Shown here: one piece after another, positions 49,615 through 59,791 of the stretch | Layout of the letters: each line of letters starts with the position of its first letter | Numbering within the stretch: position 1 is the stretch's first letter | Source of the DNA: Candidatus Saccharimonadota bacterium | GTDB lineage: Bacteria > Patescibacteriota > Saccharimonadia > Saccharimonadales > Saccharimonadaceae | Reading direction: 5' to 3' | NCBI GenBank assembly: GCA_017512175.1 | Contig: JAFWHA010000015.1 | Coordinates: forward strand, 7,699-71,698 | Length of the DNA stretch: 64,000 nt | The notes under the pieces: generated by a model | Databases searched by the model: none | Told to the model about the DNA's origin: nothing | Seen by the model: only the letters and a program-made list of their open reading frames with translations | Position numbers and translations under genes: made by a program

Positions 49615-51078
49615 ATGTCAAATATATATATTACTACTGCTATTCCGTATGTTAATGGTGCTCCACATATTGGACACGCTTGCGATTATCTGCTAGCGGA
49701 TACCTATGCGCGTTATCAAAAAATGCTAGGGAATAATGTCCGTTTTCAGGCTGGGACAGATGAGCATGGTAATAAAATTGCTAAGAAAGCTGAAGAACAA
49801 AAAGTTGATGTAGTAGAATATGTTAATCAGAATTCGAAGAAGTTCCAAGATTTTATTAAGAAACTTGGAGTAGAAACTACTGATTTTATTAGGACGACTG
49901 ACAAGGACCATGAAAGACGTTGTCGAGAAATATGGAAAAAACTTAAAGACCATATTTATTCTGCGACATATAAGGGCTGGTACTGTGATGGCTGTGAACG
50001 TTACGTAACGGATAAAGAGTATGAAGAAAATAAAGGTATTTGTCCAGACCATAATAAACCATATGAAGAACTAGAAGAAGAAAACTATTATTTTAGAATC
50101 GCTGATTTCAAAGAGCAAATTAGGTCTGCGATTCAATCTGGAAAGCTGAAGATTTTGCCTGATTTTCGGGCGAAAGAAATGTTAGCGTTGCTTGATGATA
50201 GTCCAGACGTTTCGATTTCTAGACCGATTTCGCAGCTGAAATGGGGAGTTAAAGTTCCGGGAGACGAGTCACAGGTGATGTATGTCTGGATTGATGCGCT
50301 TTCTAATTACATTACGGTACTAGGCTACCCGGATGAAGATATATCAGATTTTTGGCCAGCAAAAGTACAGTTTGTAGGCAAAGATATTTTGAGATTCCAC
50401 GCGATTATTTGGCCAGCAATGTTACTAGCACTAGGGCTTCCGCTGCCAGAGACGATTCATTCGCATGGACATGTACTAAGTGATGGTAAAAAGATGAGTA
50501 AATCGATTGGCAATACTGTCGACCCAATTGAAGTTTTGAATAGTAATGGTCTTTCGGCATTCAGATATTTCTTCTTGAGACATATTGATTCTTTTTCTGA
50601 TTCAGATTTTACTTGGGATAAATACCAAGCTGCTTACAACAATGAGCTTGCAAACGACCTAGGTAATTTAGTGCAGAGGCTCGCGAATCTTTGTAAAAAA
50701 CAGAATTTATCTGGTCTGTCTGATTATAAATTTGAACTAGATTCAGAATATCAGGAAACGATGGACTCGCTTTATTTTTCCAAAGCTTTTGACTATGTTT
50801 GGGAAAAAGTGCAGGCTCTAAATCGTGAAATTGACGAGAAAAAGCCTTGGGAGTATGGTAAAAAAATAAAAGCACAAATTGCAGATGGGAATCAAGAGGA
50901 CGCCGATAAATTGAAGACGGAGCTTGAGAATATCTTATTAGAACTTTCTGCAAAATTATTAGACGTCTCGCATCTTCTTTCTCCATTCTTGCCGGAAGTT
51001 TCTGAGCGAATTTTTGCGATATTTACAGCTTCAAAAATAGTACCGCCAGAAGTTCCACTATTCCCAAAAAATAATTAA
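49615..51078 (+). CDS. metG: Methionyl-tRNA synthetase
   Basis: HIGH, GTDEHG, YVWIDAL and KMSKS motifs. Confidence 0.97.
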   Translation: MSNIYITTAIPYVNGAPHIGHACDYLLADTYARYQKMLGNNVRFQAGTDEHGNKIAKKAEEQKVDVVEYVNQNSKKFQDFIKKLGVETTDFIRTTDKDHERRCREIWKKLKDHIYSATYKGWYCDGCERYVTDKEYEENKGICPDHNKPYEELEEENYYFRIADFKEQIRSAIQSGKLKILPDFRAKEMLALLDDSPDVSISRPISQLKWGVKVPGDESQVMYVWIDALSNYITVLGYPDEDISDFWPAKVQFVGKDILRFHAIIWPAMLLALGLPLPETIHSHGHVLSDGKKMSKSIGNTVDPIEVLNSNGLSAFRYFFLRHIDSFSDSDFTWDKYQAAYNNELANDLGNLVQRLANLCKKQNLSGLSDYKFELDSEYQETMDSLYFSKAFDYVWEKVQALNREIDEKKPWEYGKKIKAQIADGNQEDADKLKTELENILLELSAKLLDVSHLLSPFLPEVSERIFAIFTASKIVPPEVPLFPKNN

Positions 51079-51136
51079 TTGATTTTTGAGGATGTGGAGC
51101 TTTGATGTGTTTTTTTGAAACTTTATAGCTGGAATC

Positions 51137-51173
51137 AAAAAACCGAGTCGTGTTTGATACGCGACTCGGTCTT
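51137..51173 (-). terminator. Terminator between the convergent metG and MIP genes
   Basis: ACCGAGTCG...CGACTCGGT stem with an A-run at its left (U-run on the minus strand). Confidence 0.75.
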
Positions 51174-51187
51174 AGGTTTAAGAAAGA

Positions 51188-52120
51188 TTATTTCTTAACT
51201 GGGCAGTTGCTACCGCAGCAGTGATGCTCGCCAGAAAGACGTGCAGCGAAATCTGCTAAGTAGAAACCAAGTACGCCACCGATCATTGGGAAGATGACGT
51301 AAGTGAGAAGTGCGGAACAAATTGCTCCAAATACTTCGCCGAAGTTTTCTCCACCAGCAGGTAGAATCTGATACATAAGTGCAGCTGCAGGGTTTAGGAT
51401 GAAGTTATTCTGCAAGCTGAGGTAAGTAGAAGATACTACGATGATGAATAACAAAGTGACACAAACACCACCGCCATAAATTGCGGAGAAGGTGAAAGTG
51501 CTGCGTTTGTAAGCTAGTGCACGTGCGAAGAAGAAAGCAATCATGATTGCTCCGACGAATTCAATCATGGTGATTAGCCAGAATTGACCGTCTGCTACTT
51601 CTGCCATTTGTGGGAAATCTGCTGGCTCCTCAACGGTTGAACGGAAGGCATTAGCGAGCAAGAACGCTAACCATGCTCCGAGTACCTGAGAGAGCAAATA
51701 GACTACACCACGAATTGCGGACATGCGGCGAGTAGCCATCATGCCGACAGTAACGATAGGGTTGAGATTTGCGCCGGAAAGTGCAAATACCGCCATCGAA
51801 ATTGCAATTACACCAAACATGATGTAAAGTGGCTGATAAACTCCTAGTGTAAGTAGAATCAATGTTAAGAACATTGTACCGATAACTTCACCGAGAATTG
51901 CGCCGTAGATGCGCGGACTCTTAAAAATTGTTAATATGTTTTCGTTAGCGTCGAATTTGCGAGCAAAGAATCCTTTCATAGGATGTGCTTCGAGTTCGGC
52001 GTCAACAGGTTTAGTCTCGACAACTTTTTTGACTTCGACAACTTTTTTAGTTGTGGTTTTGGAAGCTGCGGACTTAGACTTCGAAGACTTAGTAGTCTTC
52101 TTTGACTTTGTTGTAGCCAT
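51188..52120 (-). CDS. MIP/aquaporin-family channel with non-canonical motifs
   Basis: GEVIGT, SGANLNPIVT, IEFVG and LNPAAAL; six TM helices. Confidence 0.85.
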   Translation of the reverse strand: MATTKSKKTTKSSKSKSAASKTTTKKVVEVKKVVETKPVDAELEAHPMKGFFARKFDANENILTIFKSPRIYGAILGEVIGTMFLTLILLTLGVYQPLYIMFGVIAISMAVFALSGANLNPIVTVGMMATRRMSAIRGVVYLLSQVLGAWLAFLLANAFRSTVEEPADFPQMAEVADGQFWLITMIEFVGAIMIAFFFARALAYKRSTFTFSAIYGGGVCVTLLFIIVVSSTYLSLQNNFILNPAAALMYQILPAGGENFGEVFGAICSALLTYVIFPMIGGVLGFYLADFAARLSGEHHCCGSNCPVKK

Positions 52121-52276
52121 TATTCCTCCTTAATTGGTATATGCATCTATTATAGCACACTTGTCAATTCTGGGAGATATAATTTCGAATTCATGAATGA
52201 TATTTGCCAGAAATGTTGAATTCCTGTATAATGGTTATAGTTTATTTGTTTTATGATTTATTTAGGAAAGGACTAA

Positions 52277-52504
52277 ATGGGAATTATTGTATCGAAGAAT
52301 AATGAGGAGAATTCTCGCTTGAATCAGAGAATTACAGCAGACCTTCGTGAGCGTGCGCAGAAAGAAATGGCTGGGTCGGATCCAGATTTGGTGGAGGATT
52401 CTGACTACGCTAAAGATCTTAAAAAGGGCAGCAAGTATGTTTGGATTTGGGTGGTATTAATCATACTCGCAGTCATTTCTTTGGTTGTGATTGTAACTAT
52501 ATAG
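52277..52504 (+). CDS. Small tail-anchored membrane protein
   Basis: SD AAGGA; C-terminal TM helix. Confidence 0.7.
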   Translation: MGIIVSKNNEENSRLNQRITADLRERAQKEMAGSDPDLVEDSDYAKDLKKGSKYVWIWVVLIILAVISLVVIVTI

Positions 52505-52558
52505 AATATATTTTAGAGCAAGCAATATTTATTTGCCATTTTATGGTATAATTATGCT

Positions 52559-53506
52559 ATGTCTAATATTGAAGAAATTAAGAAAAAACTCAAAGCGCTA
52601 AATGCTGAATATGCCAAAATTAAAAATATTGCTCTCGAGGAACGAAAGGCTTTTGGCATTAAACTTAATGAAAAGCGTAGCGAATTGCAGCGAGAACTAC
52701 AAGAGGCTATTCTTACAGAAGAAACTGAAAGTATCGAAAAGATTGATATAACTGCTCCGTGTGCGCCTAATCAAAAGATTCCGGAAATTAAACGTGGTAG
52801 CCATCATCCGTTGATGATGGAGCTCCGCAGAGTGCTTAGTATTTATTCTCACATGGGTTTTAATATCATGGAAGCACAACAGCTTGATGATGAGTTCCAT
52901 ATGTTTGAATCTCTGAATTTTCCAGAAGGACATCCAGCTCGCGATGGCTATGATACTTTCCGTACAGCAGAAGGTTTTATTCCTCCAGCGCATACGTCCA
53001 CGATGCAGCACCGTGCATTGAAACGTTATAAGAAAGATTTGGAAAATGGTGGACAGATTGCAGTTGTGATACCAGGTCGTGTTTTTAGAAATGAAGATGT
53101 GGATGCGACACACGAACATACTTTTTATCAGTGTGAAGGGGTATATGTCGGTAAGGATACGACTTTTGCGCAAATGCTCGGAGTGCTTAAAAATTTCTTC
53201 GAAGCTTATTATGGACAAAATTTAAATATTAAAACTCAGCCAGGATATTTCCCATTTACTGAGCCTTCGGTTGAACTTTTGATTGAAAAACCGAAAACTC
53301 TTGGCGGCAAAGGTGATGGGTGGTTAGAGATGCTTGGGTGTGGAATGATTCATCCAAATGTGTTGAAAATGGCAGGGATTAATCCAGAAAAATATAAGGG
53401 TTTTGCTTGGGGCGGAGGTATAGATCGTTTAGTGATGCTTAAATATGGGCTAAATGATGTGCGTTATTTTGAGTCTGGAAAACTTGACTTTTTAAAGGAA
53501 TTTTAA
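52559..53506 (+). CDS. pheS: Phenylalanine-tRNA ligase alpha subunit
   Basis: HPAR, HTS, FPFTEPS and GFAWGGGIDR motifs. Confidence 0.96.
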   Translation: MSNIEEIKKKLKALNAEYAKIKNIALEERKAFGIKLNEKRSELQRELQEAILTEETESIEKIDITAPCAPNQKIPEIKRGSHHPLMMELRRVLSIYSHMGFNIMEAQQLDDEFHMFESLNFPEGHPARDGYDTFRTAEGFIPPAHTSTMQHRALKRYKKDLENGGQIAVVIPGRVFRNEDVDATHEHTFYQCEGVYVGKDTTFAQMLGVLKNFFEAYYGQNLNIKTQPGYFPFTEPSVELLIEKPKTLGGKGDGWLEMLGCGMIHPNVLKMAGINPEKYKGFAWGGGIDRLVMLKYGLNDVRYFESGKLDFLKEF

Positions 53507-53540
53507 GTTAGAAAGTTTAATCTTGAAGGAGCACTAAATT

Positions 53541-56006
53541 ATGAAAATCAGTTTAAATGAAATTAAAAAATTAGTTCCAGAAGCTGTCGATATAGAAGTC
53601 AGTGAACTTATTAAACTCATTGGCTCACGATTAGTGGAAGTTGAAGAGAAGATTGATTTGTCAAAAAAATATGAAGGCGCTTATATTGTCAAAGTGGTTT
53701 CTGCTGAGCCAATTCCAGATACACACCTACACCTATGTAAGATTGATTGCCGAAAAGAAGATGGACTAGTACAAGTAGTCTGTGGAGCGCCAAACGTACG
53801 GGCTGGGATGTTCGCTATTTGGCTTGCTCCTGGCGCGGTTGTGCCCCAGACATATGGTGAAGAAAATTTTAAACTTGACGTGAGAAAACTTCGTGGCTAC
53901 GAATCTTACGGAATGCTCGCTGGGCTTGATGAAATGGATCTTGGTGATGACCATTCTGGTATTGTGGAGATTAATCCACATCAAAAGTATGTTAATGAAA
54001 ATGGTGAAACGTGCGAAGTTCTACCTGGAGATTCTTTCGCAAAAGTATTTGAGCTAAACGATATTATTTTGGATATTGAAAATAAATCACTCACGCATCG
54101 ACCAGATACTTTTGGACTAATTGGTTTTGCGCGAGAAGTTGCGGGTATTTTGGGCGTGAAATTCAATGAAGAAAATGCACACCTAGCTTGTTTTAAAAAT
54201 GATATTATAAATAATAATTCGGAATCAATTTCTATTGATATTGAGGATTCTGACATTTGTAAACGCTATTCTTGTGCGGTGCTGGAAATGACGGATGGTT
54301 TAACAGACGATAAATTTTTAACGGAAATGGACGTATTCTTAGCTAAAGCAGGAATGCGCGGAATTTCGAAGATAGTCGATATTACGAATTATTTAATGCT
54401 GATGACTGGACAGCCTTTGCATGCATTCGATTATGATAAATTTGTGAAGGTGGGCGGAATTGATAATGCGAAGATTGTCGTGCGACTGGCGACTGACGGA
54501 GAAGAATTACAGCTTCTTGATGGTAAAACTATTAAATGTAATAAGAACGATATATTAATCACATCGAATAATGTTCCGGTAGCATTAGCCGGGGCAATGG
54601 GCGGAGCTAACACCGAAATTGATGTTAGTACGAAGCGAGTAATTTTGGAGTCTGCAACTTTTTCACTTTATAATTTACGTAAAACACAAATGGCGCATGG
54701 AATTTTCTCGGAAGCGATTACTAGATTTACTAAAGGTCAACCGGCTTTTCAAACGATGCCAGTTCTAGAATCGGCTGTTAATATGCTCGGAGGGAAGGTT
54801 ACGGGAATTGCAGATTGTTATCCTGAGCCAGCTAAACAAGATGTTGTAAAAATTACAACAGATGATATTAATGGATTGCTTGGAACGAATTATGATACAG
54901 AAACGATTACTAGGACGCTCGAGAATGTTGGGTTCGAAATTGAGGGAAATAAAGAATTAGTAGTCAAGGCTCCAGTTTGGCGTACGGATATTCACATCAA
55001 GGAGGATATAATAGAAGAAGTCGGTAGACTGCTTGGCTATGATAATATCCTAATAGATTATCCAGTGCGTCCATTTATAGGAGCAGAGGAAGATTCGTTG
55101 CTTCAACTTAAAAATAAATTGGAGGATGTTTTATCGGATAAACTTGCGGCACACGAGATTCTGACTTACTCATTCGTTAGCCGTAAACTACAGGAAGATG
55201 TGGGCGAAAATCCTGCCGACTCATATGAAATCGTAAATAGTATTTCTCCAGAGTTGCAGCGTTTCCGCCAGAGTATTATACCGTCGCTGCTCGAAAAAAC
55301 ACGCGATAATTTGAAGGCTGGATATCACGATTTCTCACTTTATGAGATTAACCAAGTTACAAAAAAATCATATAATTTTGATGATGATGGGGTGCCAGTA
55401 CTTTATACACATCTCGGATTCGTGACTACTGGTGATTTTTATGAAATGAAGGCAAAGTTGGTGCTAATGCTGAATGAGCTTGGACTTAGAAAATTGACTT
55501 TTAGAGCTAGTGACGGACATTTCCCGTATTTTGAGCCGGCACATTCTGCAACTGTAGATACGCCACATGTTTGTTGCGGGGAAATTAAAGCTAAAGTTCT
55601 CAAACGATTTAAGATTGAACAGACGATTTCGGCTTTTGAAATTGATTTGAGCCAGCTAGTGAAGGAATTGCCAGATACTTCTGCTAAGATGCCGGAGCTA
55701 TCTAAATTCCCAGCAGTGGAGCGTGACTTAACCGTCAAAGTTAAATCTGAAATTGCATTTTCCAAGGTTGAGGGCGCGATTCTTGAAAGCTTGGAGAAGG
55801 CATCAAATGCCGAAAATTTGGATTTGATTTTTAAAGTTATTCCAGTTTCGATTTATCAGAAGATTACGGATGATTCTTCGCGTAATATTTCTTTCCATTT
55901 GGAATTTTCAAGTCAAAAGAAAACTTTGGAAAATACAGAGATTTCTGCTATAATGAAGACAATACAAGAGAGTGTTGAAAAAACAGTGGGTGGAAAGATA
56001 GTTTAA
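53541..56006 (+). CDS. pheT: Phenylalanine-tRNA ligase beta subunit
   Basis: VVCGAPNV, GQPLHAFD and WRTDI...DIIEEVGR motifs; C-terminal FDX-ACB (SKFPAVERD). Confidence 0.96.
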   Translation: MKISLNEIKKLVPEAVDIEVSELIKLIGSRLVEVEEKIDLSKKYEGAYIVKVVSAEPIPDTHLHLCKIDCRKEDGLVQVVCGAPNVRAGMFAIWLAPGAVVPQTYGEENFKLDVRKLRGYESYGMLAGLDEMDLGDDHSGIVEINPHQKYVNENGETCEVLPGDSFAKVFELNDIILDIENKSLTHRPDTFGLIGFAREVAGILGVKFNEENAHLACFKNDIINNNSESISIDIEDSDICKRYSCAVLEMTDGLTDDKFLTEMDVFLAKAGMRGISKIVDITNYLMLMTGQPLHAFDYDKFVKVGGIDNAKIVVRLATDGEELQLLDGKTIKCNKNDILITSNNVPVALAGAMGGANTEIDVSTKRVILESATFSLYNLRKTQMAHGIFSEAITRFTKGQPAFQTMPVLESAVNMLGGKVTGIADCYPEPAKQDVVKITTDDINGLLGTNYDTETITRTLENVGFEIEGNKELVVKAPVWRTDIHIKEDIIEEVGRLLGYDNILIDYPVRPFIGAEEDSLLQLKNKLEDVLSDKLAAHEILTYSFVSRKLQEDVGENPADSYEIVNSISPELQRFRQSIIPSLLEKTRDNLKAGYHDFSLYEINQVTKKSYNFDDDGVPVLYTHLGFVTTGDFYEMKAKLVLMLNELGLRKLTFRASDGHFPYFEPAHSATVDTPHVCCGEIKAKVLKRFKIEQTISAFEIDLSQLVKELPDTSAKMPELSKFPAVERDLTVKVKSEIAFSKVEGAILESLEKASNAENLDLIFKVIPVSIYQKITDDSSRNISFHLEFSSQKKTLENTEISAIMKTIQESVEKTVGGKIV

Positions 56007-56028
56007 TCCATATTTTTAAGGAGGTGAA

Positions 56029-56817
56029 ATGGATCAAAAAGAATTAAAAACTACTACAAAGCAGCGTATCGTTATTGCAATAATTGCAGTTTTGCTTTTA
56101 GCATCTACGATTGCGACATATATTTTGATTGTGGTATCTTCGAGTAATTCCGGTGAAGCGAAGATGTCTAAACTTCAGGAGCAGTATAGGGCAAAACAAA
56201 CTGAGATTAATGAATATGGCGCAACACTATCTAACAAGTATTTTAACACTATGAATAAATATCGTTCAGAAGTTAAAGCTTATAACGCCGAAAGTGTAAA
56301 TAGTTCTGGAATTAAGAAAACCGACCTTCAAGAAGGAGACGGCAGAGAGCTTACTACTGGAGACCTTAACTATTTTGCATACTACATTGGGTGGTGTGCT
56401 GACGAGACTATCTTTGATGCGACATTTAACAATAAAGATAATCCAACCTCGCTGACTGTACCGATTTATGCTGGACAGGGATTAATTGAAGGTTGGAACG
56501 AAGGTGTAGTTGGTATGAAGATTGGTGGTGTGCGTGAAGTTGCTATTCCTGGTGAGCTTGCATACGGCGACACGAAAGAGATTTGCGGAGGGACTAATTC
56601 TCCGTTGAAGTTTATAATTATGCCTGTTGCTGATGAGAAACTATTTACTTTGAATGATGAACTTGAAAACATCTACGGCGAGCTAGTACAGGCTTATTAT
56701 AGTAGCTCTGCAGCTAATCGTGGAACGAGTAGCACTACGAATACAACGAGCGGCGTTAATAGCGGTACAGTAGGTGGCTCTTCTGATGCGACAGCTACTC
56801 CTAGTAACGCAGAATAG
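56029..56817 (+). CDS. Membrane-anchored FKBP-type peptidyl-prolyl isomerase
   Basis: N-terminal TM; LIEGWNEGVVGMKIGGVREVAIPGELAYG. Confidence 0.9.
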   Translation: MDQKELKTTTKQRIVIAIIAVLLLASTIATYILIVVSSSNSGEAKMSKLQEQYRAKQTEINEYGATLSNKYFNTMNKYRSEVKAYNAESVNSSGIKKTDLQEGDGRELTTGDLNYFAYYIGWCADETIFDATFNNKDNPTSLTVPIYAGQGLIEGWNEGVVGMKIGGVREVAIPGELAYGDTKEICGGTNSPLKFIIMPVADEKLFTLNDELENIYGELVQAYYSSSAANRGTSSTTNTTSGVNSGTVGGSSDATATPSNAE

Positions 56818-56833
56818 CAGAATAGGTTAGACT

Positions 56834-58342
56834 ATGAAATCTTTCTTCTTTTATGATTTGGAGACCTCTGGGCTTTCTCCCAGAGATTCCCGAATCATGC
56901 AGTTCGCTGGGCAACGTACGGACATGGATTTAAAACCAATCGGTGAGCCTGTTAATTTGCTAGTTAAAATGACAGATGACACTTTGCCAAGCCCAGGAGC
57001 GTTACTTGTTACGAAGATTACACCGCAGCAAACTTTAAGTGATGGATTGTCTGAGGCGGAGTTTTGTGAATATGTAACGAATGAACTTTTTACGGAAGAT
57101 ACCTGTGCTACGGGATATAATTCGGTAAGATTCGATGACGAGTTCATGAGGTATACTTTTTGGCGTAATTTTTATGATCCGTATGCATGGGAATGGAAAG
57201 ATGGTCGGAGTCGTTGGGACCTTCTTGATGTGGTAAGGCTGACTAGAGCTTTGAGACCAGAAGGGATTAACTGGCCATATCAAGAGAAGGAAGTAATTGA
57301 TAAAGAAACTGGCGAGAAAAAAATAGTGGAAGTTGCAACGAATCGTTTGGAGCTTTTGACTAAATTAAATGGTATAGAGCATACACATGCACATGATGCA
57401 CTAGCGGACGTATATGCTTTAATTGAAGTTACGAAATTGATTAAAACTCATCAGCCTAAATTGTTTGACTACCTCTACAAAATGCGTGATAAACGCGAGG
57501 TGGTGAAGCTTGTAAATCTTGACAATAAGAAACCGTTTGTCTATGCATCCGGTAGGTATTCTAATAAACATAATAAGACTACGGTCTGTTTTCCGCTAAC
57601 TGCTGGCAGAAATGGTAATGTTCTGGTTTTTGATTTACGTTATAATTTAGACGAATTATTAGCTGACGAGGAAGATACACTAAAAAAGCAGGGTGAGAAT
57701 AACTCAAGCAAATTGCAAAAAGAGATAGAAACTCGAGAAAAATCATTCTTTCCAATAGTAAAAGAGCTATGTTTGAATAAATGTCCGGCGGTGGCGCCGA
57801 TTTCGGTATTAGACAGTAAAGCTGACAAACAGACAGGTTGGGAGAAAATTAGTTTAACTAAAGAGCAGATAGAGGAAAATCTAAAAAGTTTATTAGCACA
57901 TCCAGAATTTGCGGAGCGTATGCGCGAGGAAATAGAAAATCGACCAGAATTCCCACCATCTGTCGACGTAGATTCGGCTTTGTATGATGGTTTTTTGACG
58001 AACGAAGATAGCACGCTTTGCAATGTGATTAGAAATGCTGATGCGAATAGATTAGCTGATTTCCATCCAGAATTCCTTGACGAACGTTTACCAGAGTTAT
58101 TGTTACATTATAAGGCGAAGAACTTTCCATCTGCACTTTCAGAAGATGAAACTAAAGAATGGGAAAAATACCGTCTTGCAAGGCTTAATCGCCAATTGCC
58201 AGGATTCCAAAAAGAAATGGAAGAATTGCAAACTAGACTCGACCAGGGTTACGACACTACGGAGCGAGGGCAGAAAATTGATTCGTTTATCATGGATGAA
58301 TTAATGTTGTGGTATCAAAATTTACAACCTAATGACTACTAA
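56834..58342 (+). CDS. sbcB: Exodeoxyribonuclease I
   Basis: FYDLETSG, QFAG, GYNSVRFDDE, HAHDALADV and NKCP motifs. Confidence 0.93.
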   Translation: MKSFFFYDLETSGLSPRDSRIMQFAGQRTDMDLKPIGEPVNLLVKMTDDTLPSPGALLVTKITPQQTLSDGLSEAEFCEYVTNELFTEDTCATGYNSVRFDDEFMRYTFWRNFYDPYAWEWKDGRSRWDLLDVVRLTRALRPEGINWPYQEKEVIDKETGEKKIVEVATNRLELLTKLNGIEHTHAHDALADVYALIEVTKLIKTHQPKLFDYLYKMRDKREVVKLVNLDNKKPFVYASGRYSNKHNKTTVCFPLTAGRNGNVLVFDLRYNLDELLADEEDTLKKQGENNSSKLQKEIETREKSFFPIVKELCLNKCPAVAPISVLDSKADKQTGWEKISLTKEQIEENLKSLLAHPEFAERMREEIENRPEFPPSVDVDSALYDGFLTNEDSTLCNVIRNADANRLADFHPEFLDERLPELLLHYKAKNFPSALSEDETKEWEKYRLARLNRQLPGFQKEMEELQTRLDQGYDTTERGQKIDSFIMDELMLWYQNLQPNDY

Positions 58343-58356
58343 AAAAAGGAGGAGAA

Positions 58357-59673
58357 ATGAACGAGACATTAAAATCTGCAGAACAAAGGTCTGAATTTAG
58401 CGAGATAGCTAGTAAAATCGATAGCGCTAATCCGATTGTCTATGAAAAATTAAATGCAAGTAATGACAAAGCGGCGAAACAGGAATTCTTAGAAAATCCG
58501 AACTTGATTCATCCAAACAATGAGTACGGAAATTTGAATGAGGATGAAGTTCGAAAAAACTTGGAGCTTATTTCAGAAGCCACGAGTGAAGCAAACGACT
58601 CATGGCTGACCGATAAAGAAAAAGCATTTATTAATCTCATCGCAGAAGATGCTAGAGACAAAAATGAATTTTTAGCTGCAAATATCGCTTATAATCGAGC
58701 GCAGACTCCAGAAGAAAAACTTGAAGCCGCTACTTGGCACCATGAAGCTAACGAAAAACTTTATGGTAAGCTTGATGAGGATACTTTTAGCGCTTTACTT
58801 GAAGAAAAAATTTCCAGTATTAATAAGGATTCTCTTTCTGAAGAGGACAAAAAAGTCTATGAGCGGTTAATGGATAACATTGGCACTATTGAACATTCAG
58901 AAAAGGGACGTTTTAAGCCAAAAGAAGAAACAATTAAACAATTTTCAGAATTAGTTAAAGATTTTTATGGTAGTTTTCTTGAGCATATTCCAGAGAATCA
59001 AAAAGAATTTTCTTCCGAAGAGGCGGTGGAAATTATTAATGATATTTTACAGACTGAATTTGATGGCAAGGTAGACTACAAGGCTATTGTAGATAGTAAA
59101 GTTGCTAATGCTTCTGCTAGTCGTGGAATAATAAAATTCCCAGAGGGAAATACTTACAGTAAGGAGAGGCTTTCGGCTCTTATTATTCATGAACTTGGGA
59201 CTCATGCTATGAGGTCGATTCCATACCAAGACCAAGATAATAAAACGTTCACGACTGGACTTCCGAAAAACGAGACGTGGGATGAAGGTGTAGCAGGATG
59301 CATGGAGCAGGCGCTAAAGGGCAAATATGAAGATTTCGGTGTAGACCATTACATAAATATTGGACTCGCTAGTTCCAAAGGTAAAAATTTCCGTGAAGTG
59401 TATGATATTCAAATGGACTTAAAACATTTAACTAATGCGGATGATAGTAAAGTACTAAGAGACGTACAGCGCTGCTTTAGGGGAACTGGGGAACTTCCAA
59501 ATAATAAAGATTTGGCTTATTATAATGGTAATAGTAAAGTTTGGCAGTACATAGAAAAACATATAGATGACCCAGAACTATTTGATAATTTATTCTTGGC
59601 TGGAAAAACTGATATTTCAAATCAAGATCAAGAGCGTCTGGTCTACGAAATGCGAACTAAAGGTAATCTTTAG
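58357..59673 (+). CDS. DUF1704-like (MATCAP-related) zinc metallopeptidase
   Basis: HELGTH (HExxxH), DEGVA, RCFRG and KDLAYYNG motifs. Confidence 0.7.
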   Translation: MNETLKSAEQRSEFSEIASKIDSANPIVYEKLNASNDKAAKQEFLENPNLIHPNNEYGNLNEDEVRKNLELISEATSEANDSWLTDKEKAFINLIAEDARDKNEFLAANIAYNRAQTPEEKLEAATWHHEANEKLYGKLDEDTFSALLEEKISSINKDSLSEEDKKVYERLMDNIGTIEHSEKGRFKPKEETIKQFSELVKDFYGSFLEHIPENQKEFSSEEAVEIINDILQTEFDGKVDYKAIVDSKVANASASRGIIKFPEGNTYSKERLSALIIHELGTHAMRSIPYQDQDNKTFTTGLPKNETWDEGVAGCMEQALKGKYEDFGVDHYINIGLASSKGKNFREVYDIQMDLKHLTNADDSKVLRDVQRCFRGTGELPNNKDLAYYNGNSKVWQYIEKHIDDPELFDNLFLAGKTDISNQDQERLVYEMRTKGNL

Positions 59674-59791
59674 ATTACTGCTTCTAGCCACTAGACTTTT
59701 TTCTGTTTTTGACATATAATATATATCGCAATTTTTGAGTAGAACAAAAGGCGTAAAATATACGGTGCGCATAAATGGAGCATAAATCAAG

